A DNA stretch of 64,000 bases from a bacterium (GTDB lineage Bacteria > Patescibacteriota > Saccharimonadia > Saccharimonadales > SZUA-47). Positions 43,395-52,886 of this stretch are shown piece after piece. The DNA is taken from positions 234,383 through 298,382 of the forward strand of contig JAUIBF010000001.1 in the NCBI GenBank assembly GCA_030428125.1, written 5' to 3'. How positions within the stretch are numbered: the stretch's first letter is position 1; each line of letters starts with the position of its first letter. The notes below the pieces were generated by a model. It had not been told where the DNA came from, made no database searches, and was given only the letters and a program-made list of their open reading frames with translations. A program made the position numbers and the translations under genes.

Positions 43395-43740
43395 ATGGCA
43401 AATCTATACAACAAAACACGCAAATTATAAATCCCAGGGACACATCGGAATGGATGCCTTTTGGGGTCTGTAGAGCATATCCAACAGAAACCTTTTTTCC
43501 TTCAGATGGTGTCGGTGTCGATAATGCAATAAAAATATGTCGGGGGGTGGTGGTGGTGGAGTTATAGATGCTTGTTTGGAGTATGCTTTATCCGAAAGAA
43601 TTGAACATGGAGTATGGGGTGGAGAATCAGAAAGAGGAAGAAGACGTATTTTACGTAATCGTCGAGCTACTGCAAACCAAGCGATGGTTAGTACTGAGGT
43701 GTCAGTTAGTAAAGTACCACCGGATACAGCTAATTTTTAG
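43395..43740 (+). pseudogene. whiB: WhiB-family (Wbl) regulator, frameshifted
   Basis: EWMPFGVCRAYPTETFFPSDGVGVDNAIKICRG is in one frame; VIDACLEYALSERIEHGVWGGESERGRRR is in another; ATG 43395 is in the third. Confidence 0.85.
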
Positions 43741-43775
43741 TTTTTCAGGTAAGAAGTTATACTAGTATCTGATTT

Positions 43776-46250
43776 ATGAAGAGATTTGAACCAAAAGTAA
43801 TTGAGCCGAAATGGCAAAAAATATGGGCTGAAAATGCAACGTATGAAACATCGGAAGATTCAGACAAGCCCAAAATTTATGCTACGCCGATGCTTCCATA
43901 TCCGAGTGGGACCGGTTTGCATACGGGCCATGTTCGTAATTATTCGATAACTGATGCCGTTGCTCGTTTTTATAGACAGAATGGTCACAATACCCTAACT
44001 ACAATGGCTTGGGACTCATTTGGATTACCGGCTGAAAACTACGCGATTAAAACTGGTACTCCACCAGCAGAATCAACAGCAAAGAACATTGCATATTTTA
44101 AAAAACAGCTTTTGACGCTTGGTATGAGCTACGACTGGTCTAGAGAGTTCGATACGTCAGATCCAAGTTATTACAAGTGGACACAATGGGTGTTTGCTTT
44201 GATGTACAAGCAAGGTCTTGCTTACAAGGCTGAAAAACAGCAGTGGTGGTGCGAAAAATGTAACACCGTGCTTGCTGATGAGCAGGTAATAGCCGGGAAG
44301 TGTTGGCGACACGACGGAGAAGATGACCCTCTGGTCAACAAGCGACCATTATCACAATGGTTTTTCAAAATTACAGATTACGTGGATGATATCCTGGAAT
44401 CAACTGACGAGCTAAACTGGCCAGAAAAAATCAAAACTATGCAGAAAAACTGGATTGGTCGCTCTGAAGGTACAGTAGTGAACTTCAAGTTATCAGGGCT
44501 TGGTGCTGACAAGCATCATCTGGACGTGTTCACCACTGCTATCGAGACCATATACGGTACGACGTTCATGGTTGTAGCGCCAGAACACCCTATCGTTGGC
44601 GAATTTGGTCAACTTGCAGAAAACGCCCAAGAAGTTCAAGATTACGTGGAAAAATCTTTGCGAAAAAGTGAACTTGATCGCGAAACAGACAAAGTAAAAA
44701 CTGGAATTCAGATCGATGGCCTAAAGGCTGTGAACCCATTGAACGGAGAAGAAATTCCGGTTTGGATTGCAGACTACGTACTAATGGGCTACGGAAGTGG
44801 TGCAATTATGGCAGTCCCAGGTGAGGACGAGCGTGACTTTGAATTCGCCAAAAAGTATGATTTGCCAATTATTTATACGACCGACAGAAACGAATTTGTT
44901 AATTACGGAAAAGACATTAAACCCAACAGAGCAGGTTACAAGATGGCAAATTCTGGTGAGTTTGATGGGTTAGATTTAGAAGCTGCCAGAGATGCAATTG
45001 TTAATAAACTTATCGATGAAAATTTAGGTGAGCAAAAAGTTCACTACAAAATTCGCGACTGGTTAGTCAGCAGGCAGCGATATTGGGGCGCTCCAGTGCC
45101 GATTATTTATTGTCCCGAGCACGGCGAAGTTTTGGTTCCCGAAGACAAATTACCGGTAGAGCTTCCAAAGGTAGATAACTATGTGCCAGATGGTAAAAAT
45201 TCGTCAGTTCTTGCAGGGGTAGAAGACTGGGTAAATACAACTTGTCCAGAATGTGATAAGCCTGCAAAACGCGAAACAGACACCATGGATGGCTATGTTT
45301 GCAGTACCTGGTATTTGCATCGCTACACAGACGCGCAAAATGCAAGCCAGGCATTTAACCCAGAAAAATCAAATTACTGGTTCCCGATTGATTTTTACTT
45401 TGGTGCAGATCACGCGGTTGCGCACTTGCTATACATTAGATTTTTCCAGAGAGTATTGGTCGATGCAGGTTTAGCAGATGATAAAGAACCTGTGAAGAGG
45501 CTGGTTTACAACGGTTACATCAATGCAGAAGATGGAACGAAAATGAGCAAGAGCAAAGGCAATACAGTTGATCCGATGGATATTATCGAGTCAGGCTATG
45601 GAGCTGATGCGTTGCGTGTGTTTGAGTTGTTTATTGCGCCATATGATCAGGACACAAGCTGGAACAGTAACGGGGTACCGGGTGCTTATAGATTCTTGAA
45701 TCGAGTTTGGGTTTTGCTTCAGGAGTATCTAGAAGATAAAAATTCTGAACCTGCCACACCAGAAGAAATTTTGCGTAGTTGCCATAAAATGATTGCTAAA
45801 GTTACTGATGACATTAAGAATCTAGGTTTTAACACCGCAGTATCTTCGATGATGACAGCAGTAAATGAGCTGTATCTGCTTAAAGCACAGCATGGATATG
45901 GGGACAGAGAAGAATGGAAGTTTGCACTAGAAAGCTTTGCGCAATTGCTGGGTCCATTTGCTCCACACATAGCTGAAGAAATGTGGCATGAACTGGGCCA
46001 TGAGGACTCGGTGCATATTGATAATTGGCCGAAACATGATGAAAAGTATTTAGCCGAAGATACTCTTACAATTGCCGTGCAGGTAAACGGAAAGGTTAGA
46101 GCAGAAATTAACATCCCGGCTGATGCAGGCAAGGACTTTGTCGAATCTGAAGCGATGAAACAAGAAAATGTTGCAGCTCATATGGAAGGCAAGCAAGTGG
46201 TTAAATTCATCTACGTTCCTGGCAAAATCGCTAATATAGTTGTTAAATAG
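43776..46250 (+). CDS. leuS: Leucine--tRNA ligase
   Basis: PYPSGTGLHTGH, QKNWIGRS, DWLVSRQRYWG, KMSKSKGN and VQVNGKVR motifs. Confidence 0.98.
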   Translation: MKRFEPKVIEPKWQKIWAENATYETSEDSDKPKIYATPMLPYPSGTGLHTGHVRNYSITDAVARFYRQNGHNTLTTMAWDSFGLPAENYAIKTGTPPAESTAKNIAYFKKQLLTLGMSYDWSREFDTSDPSYYKWTQWVFALMYKQGLAYKAEKQQWWCEKCNTVLADEQVIAGKCWRHDGEDDPLVNKRPLSQWFFKITDYVDDILESTDELNWPEKIKTMQKNWIGRSEGTVVNFKLSGLGADKHHLDVFTTAIETIYGTTFMVVAPEHPIVGEFGQLAENAQEVQDYVEKSLRKSELDRETDKVKTGIQIDGLKAVNPLNGEEIPVWIADYVLMGYGSGAIMAVPGEDERDFEFAKKYDLPIIYTTDRNEFVNYGKDIKPNRAGYKMANSGEFDGLDLEAARDAIVNKLIDENLGEQKVHYKIRDWLVSRQRYWGAPVPIIYCPEHGEVLVPEDKLPVELPKVDNYVPDGKNSSVLAGVEDWVNTTCPECDKPAKRETDTMDGYVCSTWYLHRYTDAQNASQAFNPEKSNYWFPIDFYFGADHAVAHLLYIRFFQRVLVDAGLADDKEPVKRLVYNGYINAEDGTKMSKSKGNTVDPMDIIESGYGADALRVFELFIAPYDQDTSWNSNGVPGAYRFLNRVWVLLQEYLEDKNSEPATPEEILRSCHKMIAKVTDDIKNLGFNTAVSSMMTAVNELYLLKAQHGYGDREEWKFALESFAQLLGPFAPHIAEEMWHELGHEDSVHIDNWPKHDEKYLAEDTLTIAVQVNGKVRAEINIPADAGKDFVESEAMKQENVAAHMEGKQVVKFIYVPGKIANIVVK

Positions 46251-46340
46251 TCTTTCTTTCATTTGTGCATATGCTCTAAAACAGGTATAATTAAAGGCAA
46301 TATTTCAGAATAAATTTGAGGAAGGAGCAGGTGCACACCC

Positions 46341-46493
46341 GTGGGTAAACCTAAGAAACGAACTAGCGCGCGTAAAACCGGTCTTCGCAGAAGTCACATT
46401 GTATTGGACTTAGCAAAGAAAGTTAACGCAAAATCTCCGGTAAAAGCCCGGACTACTACCAAGCAATCTGGTAAAAAACTAGCTGCAAAATAG
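46341..46493 (+). CDS. rpmF: 50S ribosomal protein L32, cysteine-free (50 aa, not in the ORF track)
   Basis: GTG start; MGKPKKRTSARKTGLRRSH...; AAGGAG upstream; precedes nusB-rnc. Confidence 0.85.
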   Translation: MGKPKKRTSARKTGLRRSHIVLDLAKKVNAKSPVKARTTTKQSGKKLAAK

Positions 46494-46552
46494 TTAGTTT
46501 ATTTTAAACTTTACAATTTAATACCGCAATCTACTTAAAAAAGAGGTGAAAA

Positions 46553-47017
46553 ATGGCTTCAAACCGACACTTAGGAAGAATCGTCGCTCTGCAGACACTG
46601 TATGAGCTTGATTTTCGGACTGAAGTAGAAGAGAAAGACCTCGATAAAAAAGCAGTATTAAAGCGAAACATTGACCGATATAGTGAAGTAGTGGATGATC
46701 AGGAGTTTATTAGCGCACTAGTTGATGGAGTTTTGAGTCGTCAAGATGAGCTAGATGGGATTATTCAGCCAATCGCACCAGAATGGCCACTTGCGCAGAT
46801 AGCAAGGATCGACCGAGCAGTTTTGCGTATAGGTGTCTACGAGCTATTGTACAACCAGTCCGTACCATCTAAAGTAGTTATTAACGAAGCAGTTGAACTA
46901 GCTAAAAGTTTTGGAGCAGATAATTCTAGTAAATTCGTAAATGGCGTCTTAGGAACAGCCTACAAGCAGGTGGAGAAGGATTCAAAGCCGGCTAAAAGTA
47001 CCACAGGGAAAAAATGA
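46553..47017 (+). CDS. nusB: Transcription antitermination factor NusB
   Basis: [31 protein letters not shown] and FVNGVL motifs. Confidence 0.97.
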   Translation: MASNRHLGRIVALQTLYELDFRTEVEEKDLDKKAVLKRNIDRYSEVVDDQEFISALVDGVLSRQDELDGIIQPIAPEWPLAQIARIDRAVLRIGVYELLYNQSVPSKVVINEAVELAKSFGADNSSKFVNGVLGTAYKQVEKDSKPAKSTTGKK

Positions 47018-47517
47018 GCATGAAAAGACCAAAACCCCTAAAAGCTTTCAAAAAAATTGTTAAAAATCGCCGCCCAGCAATTTCAGAAGTTGTTAAGGAA
47101 CCTACTGCAGGTGGTGTCGTATGGCGCCGTACGGACAGAGGTGTTATTGAAATTCTGTTGATTCAAGACGCGAAAGAGCGTTGGACAATCCCTAAGGGCC
47201 ACATAGAAGAGGGCGAGACTGCAAAGCAGACTGCCGAACGTGAAATTAACGAAGAAACTGGTTTGAAGCAAATGGAAATGCAAGGTTTCTTAGGTAAAAT
47301 TAATTTTCGTTACCGTAGGCAGCAGAGTCTAGTGCTGATGACCACAGACATATTCCTGGTAAAAGCTAAGGGCGATACCGATGACATAACTCCAGAGGAA
47401 TGGATGAAGGGTATTCGATGGTTCCCGGCAACTGATGCGCTGGACAAAATTGAATACGAAGACATAGGTAAACTAATTTTAATCGGCTTGCAGAAGATAA
47501 GGAAGAACAAGCTCTAA
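47014..47517 (+). CDS. NUDIX hydrolase
   Basis: Nudix box [25 protein letters not shown]. Confidence 0.93.
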   Translation: MSMKRPKPLKAFKKIVKNRRPAISEVVKEPTAGGVVWRRTDRGVIEILLIQDAKERWTIPKGHIEEGETAKQTAEREINEETGLKQMEMQGFLGKINFRYRRQQSLVLMTTDIFLVKAKGDTDDITPEEWMKGIRWFPATDALDKIEYEDIGKLILIGLQKIRKNKL

Positions 47518-47521
47518 ATTT

Positions 47522-48223
47522 ATGCAGCAACAAGTTAAAAAATACATAGATTTTGCGCGAGACACTCTTGGACTAACCTTTAAAGACGTGCAGCTACTAA
47601 TGACAGCATTTACTCACAGGAGCTATGTCAACGAGCATAAAAAGTCAGTAAAGGAACACAACGAACGGCTAGAGTTCCTTGGCGATGCTGTTTTGGAGCT
47701 AGTAGTTACAGACTTCTTGTTCGATAATCATGATGAACAAGAAGGTGTTCTGACTAACTGGCGCAGTGCACTAGTTCGTACAGAGAGTATCGGTGCTGCT
47801 GCGCATAAGTTAGGTTTTGAAGAAATGTTACGTCTAAGTAAGGGCGAAAAACGCGGCTCAGAAAGAGCTAGGCTACAGATTCTCGCAAACTCTTACGAGG
47901 CAGTAGTTGGCGCAATTTACCTTGACCAAGGGTACGAGGCTGCAGAAAAATTTATCACTAACTCCGTTATTAAAACATTCGATAATATCTTAGAAACCGG
48001 CTCATGGCTTGATCCTAAATCTAAATATCAGGAGGTAGTACAAAGCGACGAAGGCTTCACCCCTCAGTACAAGGTCTTAAGCGAAGAAGGGCCAGATCAC
48101 GACAAGGTGTTTACCGTGGGTGTGTTCGTAAATGACGACTTGCGCGCTAAAGGAACTGGACCAAGCAAGCAAAATGCTCAAGTAACAGCTGCCGAAAAAG
48201 CCCTCAAAAAACACAAATCTTAA
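47522..48223 (+). CDS. rnc: Ribonuclease III
   Basis: THRSY and NERLEFLGDAVL motifs; C-terminal dsRBD. Confidence 0.98.
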   Translation: MQQQVKKYIDFARDTLGLTFKDVQLLMTAFTHRSYVNEHKKSVKEHNERLEFLGDAVLELVVTDFLFDNHDEQEGVLTNWRSALVRTESIGAAAHKLGFEEMLRLSKGEKRGSERARLQILANSYEAVVGAIYLDQGYEAAEKFITNSVIKTFDNILETGSWLDPKSKYQEVVQSDEGFTPQYKVLSEEGPDHDKVFTVGVFVNDDLRAKGTGPSKQNAQVTAAEKALKKHKS

Positions 48224-48269
48224 ACTTCTCATGCTTGCAGTTTGCAATGTCCTGTAGGAATATTATCTG

Positions 48270-48932
48270 ATGGGAAATATTGAAATTGCTCCAGAGCTTG
48301 ATAGGAGCTTAACTGCACTCCAGGTCTTTAGACGTTTACATGTTGCAGCAGAAGTTCCGTTTGAAACAGCAGCCGAACTACAGGGAATCGATCTTCAGGA
48401 TACCAGCACCTGTCGGGTGTCACCACAGGTTGGCAATACTGCTGTTTTGATGACAAGATTTCTAGATAGAAGTTACGGTAGTAAGCATAGGATGATACGT
48501 ACAATACACTTGCAACCAACAAACTCTAGTGTACCTTTAATGCAAGTCAATAGAGTCGGAAACAATGGTTCATATGTGGCACGTAGTGTTCAGGCATATC
48601 CACACCTTGAGATAAATGGATTGCGAGTGTACTCTTCTCGTCTGGATAGCGAAGAAGTAGTCTTCAATTTCGATGTATTGCGAAAATCAGCAGAAGAACT
48701 AGCTAAGCAGTCTCGGACTTTAATTCCTGTCGGATATGGCAGAGTTGTTGCTGCTGATGGAATGACACTTGACGAAATGACTGAAGAGGACTTTGCGACC
48801 GTAAACTCTGTTAATAGAGTGATTAGGATTACTGCCGCTGCGGCAGTAACTGCTTTGGGTGGCGCCAATCAAAGACATCTACTTGACGAGATGAACCTTA
48901 CAGCTAGAACTTCGGTTTCCTTGTCCGAGTAG
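48270..48932 (+). CDS. Hypothetical protein
   Basis: 220 aa ORF. Confidence 0.72.
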   Translation: MGNIEIAPELDRSLTALQVFRRLHVAAEVPFETAAELQGIDLQDTSTCRVSPQVGNTAVLMTRFLDRSYGSKHRMIRTIHLQPTNSSVPLMQVNRVGNNGSYVARSVQAYPHLEINGLRVYSSRLDSEEVVFNFDVLRKSAEELAKQSRTLIPVGYGRVVAADGMTLDEMTEEDFATVNSVNRVIRITAAAAVTALGGANQRHLLDEMNLTARTSVSLSE

Positions 48933-48957
48933 TCTGCTCCGTATGTCTTCAATATAA

Positions 48958-48986
48958 TTGACATTTTCTACCTCTGTTGTTATACT
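48958..48986 (+). promoter_or_regulatory. rpsP promoter
   Basis: TTGACA-17-TATACT. Confidence 0.78.
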
Positions 48987-49032
48987 ATTTTGAGTATAAA
49001 ATTTAAGTTAAAGACAGGAAGATAACCGAAAC

Positions 49033-49521
49033 ATGCTTACTATCCGTATGCAGCGTACTGGCCGTAAAGGTCTAGCAAATTTCCGTGTTGTTGTGCAGGA
49101 TTCCAAATTCTCACCGACTAGCGGGCGTGTTGTGACTCAGTTGGGTCACTACAATCCACACACTAAAGAGACTGTTCTTGATAAAGAAGAGACTGAAAAA
49201 TATTTGAAGAACGGAGCGCAGCCATCACCGCGTGTCGTAAAACTTCTAGAGGAACAAAAAGTAAAATTACCGGAGTGGGTAGAGAAGTCAGCTACTGACA
49301 AGAAGCGAGCAATCCGAAACCCTGAAAAACTTCGAAAGAATCAACCAAAAGAAGAAGTAGTCGAAGAAGCTCCAGCTGAAGAGCCTATGGCAGAAGCTCC
49401 TGAAGCAACTGAAGAAGCTACAGCTCCTGAAGCAGAAGAAAAAGCTCCTGAAGCAACTGAAGAAGTGTCCGAAACACCAGCAGAAAAGTCTGCTGAAGAA
49501 GAAAAGCCAGCAGAAGCTTAA
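49033..49521 (+). CDS. rpsP: 30S ribosomal protein S16 with acidic repetitive tail
   Basis: MLTIRMQRTGRK, LGHYNP and GAQPS motifs; APEATEE repeats. Confidence 0.96.
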   Translation: MLTIRMQRTGRKGLANFRVVVQDSKFSPTSGRVVTQLGHYNPHTKETVLDKEETEKYLKNGAQPSPRVVKLLEEQKVKLPEWVEKSATDKKRAIRNPEKLRKNQPKEEVVEEAPAEEPMAEAPEATEEATAPEAEEKAPEATEEVSETPAEKSAEEEKPAEA

Positions 49522-49620
49522 AAACTCGCGCATTTTATTTTTGTTTTACAAAAACTTAACAACCAGAAATTAACGAAAGGAGCGCCTGCGCTTAAATTAA
49601 AAGCGTAAGCGAATTAGAGA

Positions 49621-50085
49621 ATGTCTGATAACAAAACAATCGACCAGCAATTTATAGAATATGTGGTCCAATCACTTGTAAGTAACCCGGATGCTGTAGT
49701 CGTTGAGCGAACTATTGATGAAAAAGGTGTATTACTAACTCTTACAGTAGACCCAGAAGATCTAGGGCGAGTAATTGGTAAAAGGGGTGCAACTGCACAA
49801 AGCCTGCGTACTCTGCTGCGTGCACTTGGCACAAAACAAGAAGCTCGATTCAACCTTAAAATTGTAGACAACGGCGAACCTAAGCCTGAGCGACAGTCAA
49901 AAGGTTCAGGCGATGGATGGGCTTCAGCGCCATCTAGCTCAAATGACGAAAGCTCTAATGAAGTAGAAGCTGAAGAAGATACAACGTCAGCTGCAGAAGA
50001 CGCAGCAAACGATAGTGGCGAAGAAGAATCTGCAGTAGAGCGAACTCGACGCGAACTAGAAGATCTTGATGATCTTGATGTCTAG
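49621..50085 (+). CDS. khpA: KH-domain RNA-binding protein KhpA
   Basis: DLGRVIGKRGATAQSLRTLL motif; follows rpsP. Confidence 0.93.
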   Translation: MSDNKTIDQQFIEYVVQSLVSNPDAVVVERTIDEKGVLLTLTVDPEDLGRVIGKRGATAQSLRTLLRALGTKQEARFNLKIVDNGEPKPERQSKGSGDGWASAPSSSNDESSNEVEAEEDTTSAAEDAANDSGEEESAVERTRRELEDLDDLDV

Positions 50086-50108
50086 AAAGTAAACTAAGAT
50101 ATTGATTG

Positions 50109-50130
50109 AAGAGCTCCTCGGAGCTCTTTT
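50109..50130 (+). terminator. Intrinsic terminator after khpA
   Basis: AAGAGCTC-CTCG-GAGCTCTT-TT. Confidence 0.8.
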
Positions 50131-50149
50131 ATTATGTATTGAAATCGGA

Positions 50150-50177
50150 TTTAAATCGGAGTTAACTCCGATTTAAA
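50150..50177. repeat. Perfect 28-bp palindrome
   Basis: TTTAAATCGGAGTTAACTCCGATTTAAA, with an extra AAATCGGA half-site at 50142-50149. Confidence 0.9.
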
Positions 50178-50283
50178 GTGAAATAACAGATTAAAATTTG
50201 TACATACTGAACTGAGACCGGATTAATACCAAGGAACAATTATTTAACTTGCTTATGCATAGTTTGTCTGGTATCATCTGATT

Positions 50284-50504
50284 AGTCGATACAAAAATAA
50301 AACGACTGCGAGCCCCAGTAGTAAGCCAAAAAATTACACTGGTGGAAACCCGAAAGTAAATATGTGGCTACTACGGGGTAAAATCCCAGCTCTGGATTAA
50401 TATGAGCAAGACGGTTTAACAGATAGAAAGCTCACGCGAGCAAACCTTATTGGTTTGGAGCTTTATGTGACTAAACAACCATCCACTGGGGTGGTTTTTT
50501 AGTT
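50284..50504 (+). ncRNA. Candidate structured RNA of about 200 nt, unknown family
   Basis: Promoter TTGCTT-17-TATCAT (50249-50277), four stem-loops, terminator at 50470-50504, no long ORF. Confidence 0.55.
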
Positions 50505-50521
50505 GTGATATAATAAAATCA

Positions 50522-51166
50522 ATGAAAATACAAGTTATAACACTTTTCCCAGAGATGTTTGAAGGAGTTTTAGGATCCAGCATGCTTTGGAAGGCTAAAG
50601 AGCGAAATGGTGTCGAATATGAGTTAATTGATTTGCGTCAGTACGGCATTGGACCTCGCAAGCAAGTCGACGATCCTCCATATGGTGGTGGTGACGGTAT
50701 GCTCATGAAGCCAGAGCCAATAGTTGCGGCCATTGAAGCAGCAAAAAAGCTAGATCCATCAGCAAAGGTATATTTACCTACACCTAGAGGAGAAATATTC
50801 AAACAATCAAAAGCTAAGAAGATCGCAAAATCTGAACAGGGTATGATTATTGTCTGCCCAAGATATGAAGGTTACGACGAGAGAATCACTAAATGGATAG
50901 ACGAGCAGTTCTGTATCGGAAACTATGTGTTAACAGGAGGCGAAATACCGGCAATGGCATTAATTGATAGTGTTGTTCGATTACTGCCAGGAGTGCTTGG
51001 TGGCGAAGCATCAGCTGAAATAGAGAGTTTTCAGGCAGATGATAAGTCGATTGAGTTTCCACAGTACACTCGTCCGGAAGATTTTAAAGGCATGAAAGTC
51101 CCAGATGTTCTCTTAAGTGGCCATCATGCTGAAATTCAGAAATGGCGCAAGGAAAACAGTAAATGA
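50522..51166 (+). CDS. trmD: tRNA (guanine-N1)-methyltransferase
   Basis: ITLFPEMF, VDDPPYGGGDGM, RYEGYDER, YVLTGGE and PQYTRP motifs. Confidence 0.98.
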   Translation: MKIQVITLFPEMFEGVLGSSMLWKAKERNGVEYELIDLRQYGIGPRKQVDDPPYGGGDGMLMKPEPIVAAIEAAKKLDPSAKVYLPTPRGEIFKQSKAKKIAKSEQGMIIVCPRYEGYDERITKWIDEQFCIGNYVLTGGEIPAMALIDSVVRLLPGVLGGEASAEIESFQADDKSIEFPQYTRPEDFKGMKVPDVLLSGHHAEIQKWRKENSK

Positions 51167-52170
51167 GCAACGTTATAGATATAAAGAAAGCGCTAGAAGA
51201 GCGCAACAGAGATGCTTCAATAGCTGAATCAGGAGAAATAGCACAGCTTCAGCACTTTCCTGAGGCGCCACCACTAGCCACCGCAGGAGAGGTTAGGGCA
51301 CTGGTTGGAGATCCTTTTACAAGTGAAGAGCTTGCTAAAGTTTTTGATTATCACAGAGAAACAGTGCTGGGTTTCACAGCACGGAACGGATTGGAGTCTC
51401 GCACCCAAAGAATCTTTGAAGAATCACTAGCTGACACTACACCATTTCTGCAAGACGACACAGGCAATCCAATACCATCATACTTAGACGTTGCAGAAAC
51501 TGAACCAAAGTCTAAGGAGTGGATACACCGAGGAGTAATAACTTTATCAGATATTAACAGATACGCAGGAGAAATAGTTTTTGGTTATCGCAGAACTTTT
51601 CCACGACGCAAAAGCCATCCGTATTCTGCTGCAGATATTGTCTTAAGGAGTGCTTATGCGGGCGTCGCATATGAACTATTTGCTAAAAGTTTAAACGCTG
51701 CAGCAATGCAAGCCAATAAATTCGGTACGTATAGGCACGGGATTAATATGCATTCTATACATATGGATGAAGGTACCCAGCAGCTACTTGTAGGTGAAAG
51801 ACTACGTAAATTAAAAAGATTTGAGTTGCGTGACCACGAAGGCGAAAGACTGATCAGGGGTTTCGGTCATTTAGGGCTAACTGCCGAGCTTGAAAGAACT
51901 GAACTAGTGACTGAAATTGAAGCTGGTGAGATTACTCGCTACATAAATGCGTACTGGCGAGAACGTCTACCTGAAGGTTGCGGTATAGAAGGCGCCGAGA
52001 ATTGGTTAATAGGATACTCCTACCCGTATCATGTTGACGATATTATTCAGACTCTAAAAGCTTTCAGGAGCATAGAACAACCAAGGTTAATAGAAGACAA
52101 CTTCAAGGATACCCTTGAACAGGCATTTACCCCGTCGCATGGCTTACGACTAGTTACGGACGCTGATTAG
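51163..52170 (+). CDS. Hypothetical protein
   Basis: 335 aa ORF overlapping the trmD stop (ATGA). Confidence 0.75.
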   Translation: MSNVIDIKKALEERNRDASIAESGEIAQLQHFPEAPPLATAGEVRALVGDPFTSEELAKVFDYHRETVLGFTARNGLESRTQRIFEESLADTTPFLQDDTGNPIPSYLDVAETEPKSKEWIHRGVITLSDINRYAGEIVFGYRRTFPRRKSHPYSAADIVLRSAYAGVAYELFAKSLNAAAMQANKFGTYRHGINMHSIHMDEGTQQLLVGERLRKLKRFELRDHEGERLIRGFGHLGLTAELERTELVTEIEAGEITRYINAYWRERLPEGCGIEGAENWLIGYSYPYHVDDIIQTLKAFRSIEQPRLIEDNFKDTLEQAFTPSHGLRLVTDAD

Positions 52171-52208
52171 TTTGGTATTTGCTAGAATATAATTAACTAG
52201 GAGGGAAT

Positions 52209-52616
52209 ATGTTAAAGAAATTTATCAAACCAGTTTATGCGCATTGTGATGTACCGTGTGGGATTTACGAAACGGATACCATGACTCATGCGGCCGCAAC
52301 GGTAAAGCGTATGGTTGAAAAATACAATGAAATCGGAGAGGTTGACGACGAAGACCCAGAAAGCATGAATACAGCTATCCGTTGCGTGATGACTAAGGAA
52401 GAACATGCACAGAAGTGTAAAGACCAGTTGTACTTACTATGGAGTGATTACTTTAAGCCCGAACACCTCGAAAAGTTTCCAGATTTGCATGAGAAATTCT
52501 GGATGGCAACAAAACAGTGCGGAAAAGTAAAACAAACAATGAGTGCCGAAGAGGCAGATAGGCTTATCGAAATGGTGCACGAAATATCTCATATGTTCGC
52601 AGATAGCAAAAAGTAG
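52209..52616 (+). CDS. sodN: Nickel superoxide dismutase precursor
   Basis: Short propeptide then Ni-hook HCDVPCGIY; KEEHA and LWSDYFKP motifs. Confidence 0.95.
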   Translation: MLKKFIKPVYAHCDVPCGIYETDTMTHAAATVKRMVEKYNEIGEVDDEDPESMNTAIRCVMTKEEHAQKCKDQLYLLWSDYFKPEHLEKFPDLHEKFWMATKQCGKVKQTMSAEEADRLIEMVHEISHMFADSKK

Positions 52617-52886
52617 ATGATATTTTTTAGACGAGTAGTAGGTGAAAGTATGAGGCCGACTCTGCGGCCTGGTCAGATTGTTTGGGCTCATGAAATTCGC
52701 AGTTTCAGAAAAGGCCAAGTTGTAGTTGCTTTTGTTGGCGATAGAGAAGTAGTAAAGCGTATTGAAAGCATCGAAAATGGTGTCGTTACTCTAGTAGGGG
52801 ATAACGCAGAAAAATCAAACACTTATAAAGTCTCGGATACTAAAATTGAAGGTGTAGTATTTTGGCCCTGGGTGTCTACTAGATAA
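52617..52886 (+). CDS. sodX: NiSOD maturation protease (S24/S26 family)
   Basis: VVGESMRPTL, VVKRI and GDN motifs; directly after sodN. Confidence 0.88.
   Translation: MIFFRRVVGESMRPTLRPGQIVWAHEIRSFRKGQVVVAFVGDREVVKRIESIENGVVTLVGDNAEKSNTYKVSDTKIEGVVFWPWVSTR

Noticed and set aside
43537..43740. Stand-alone 67-aa protein MSGGGGGGV...
   Set aside because: It is the C-terminal half of the frameshifted WhiB
49380..49470. Direct repeats in rpsP
   Set aside because: Ordinary low-complexity APEATEE tail of S16
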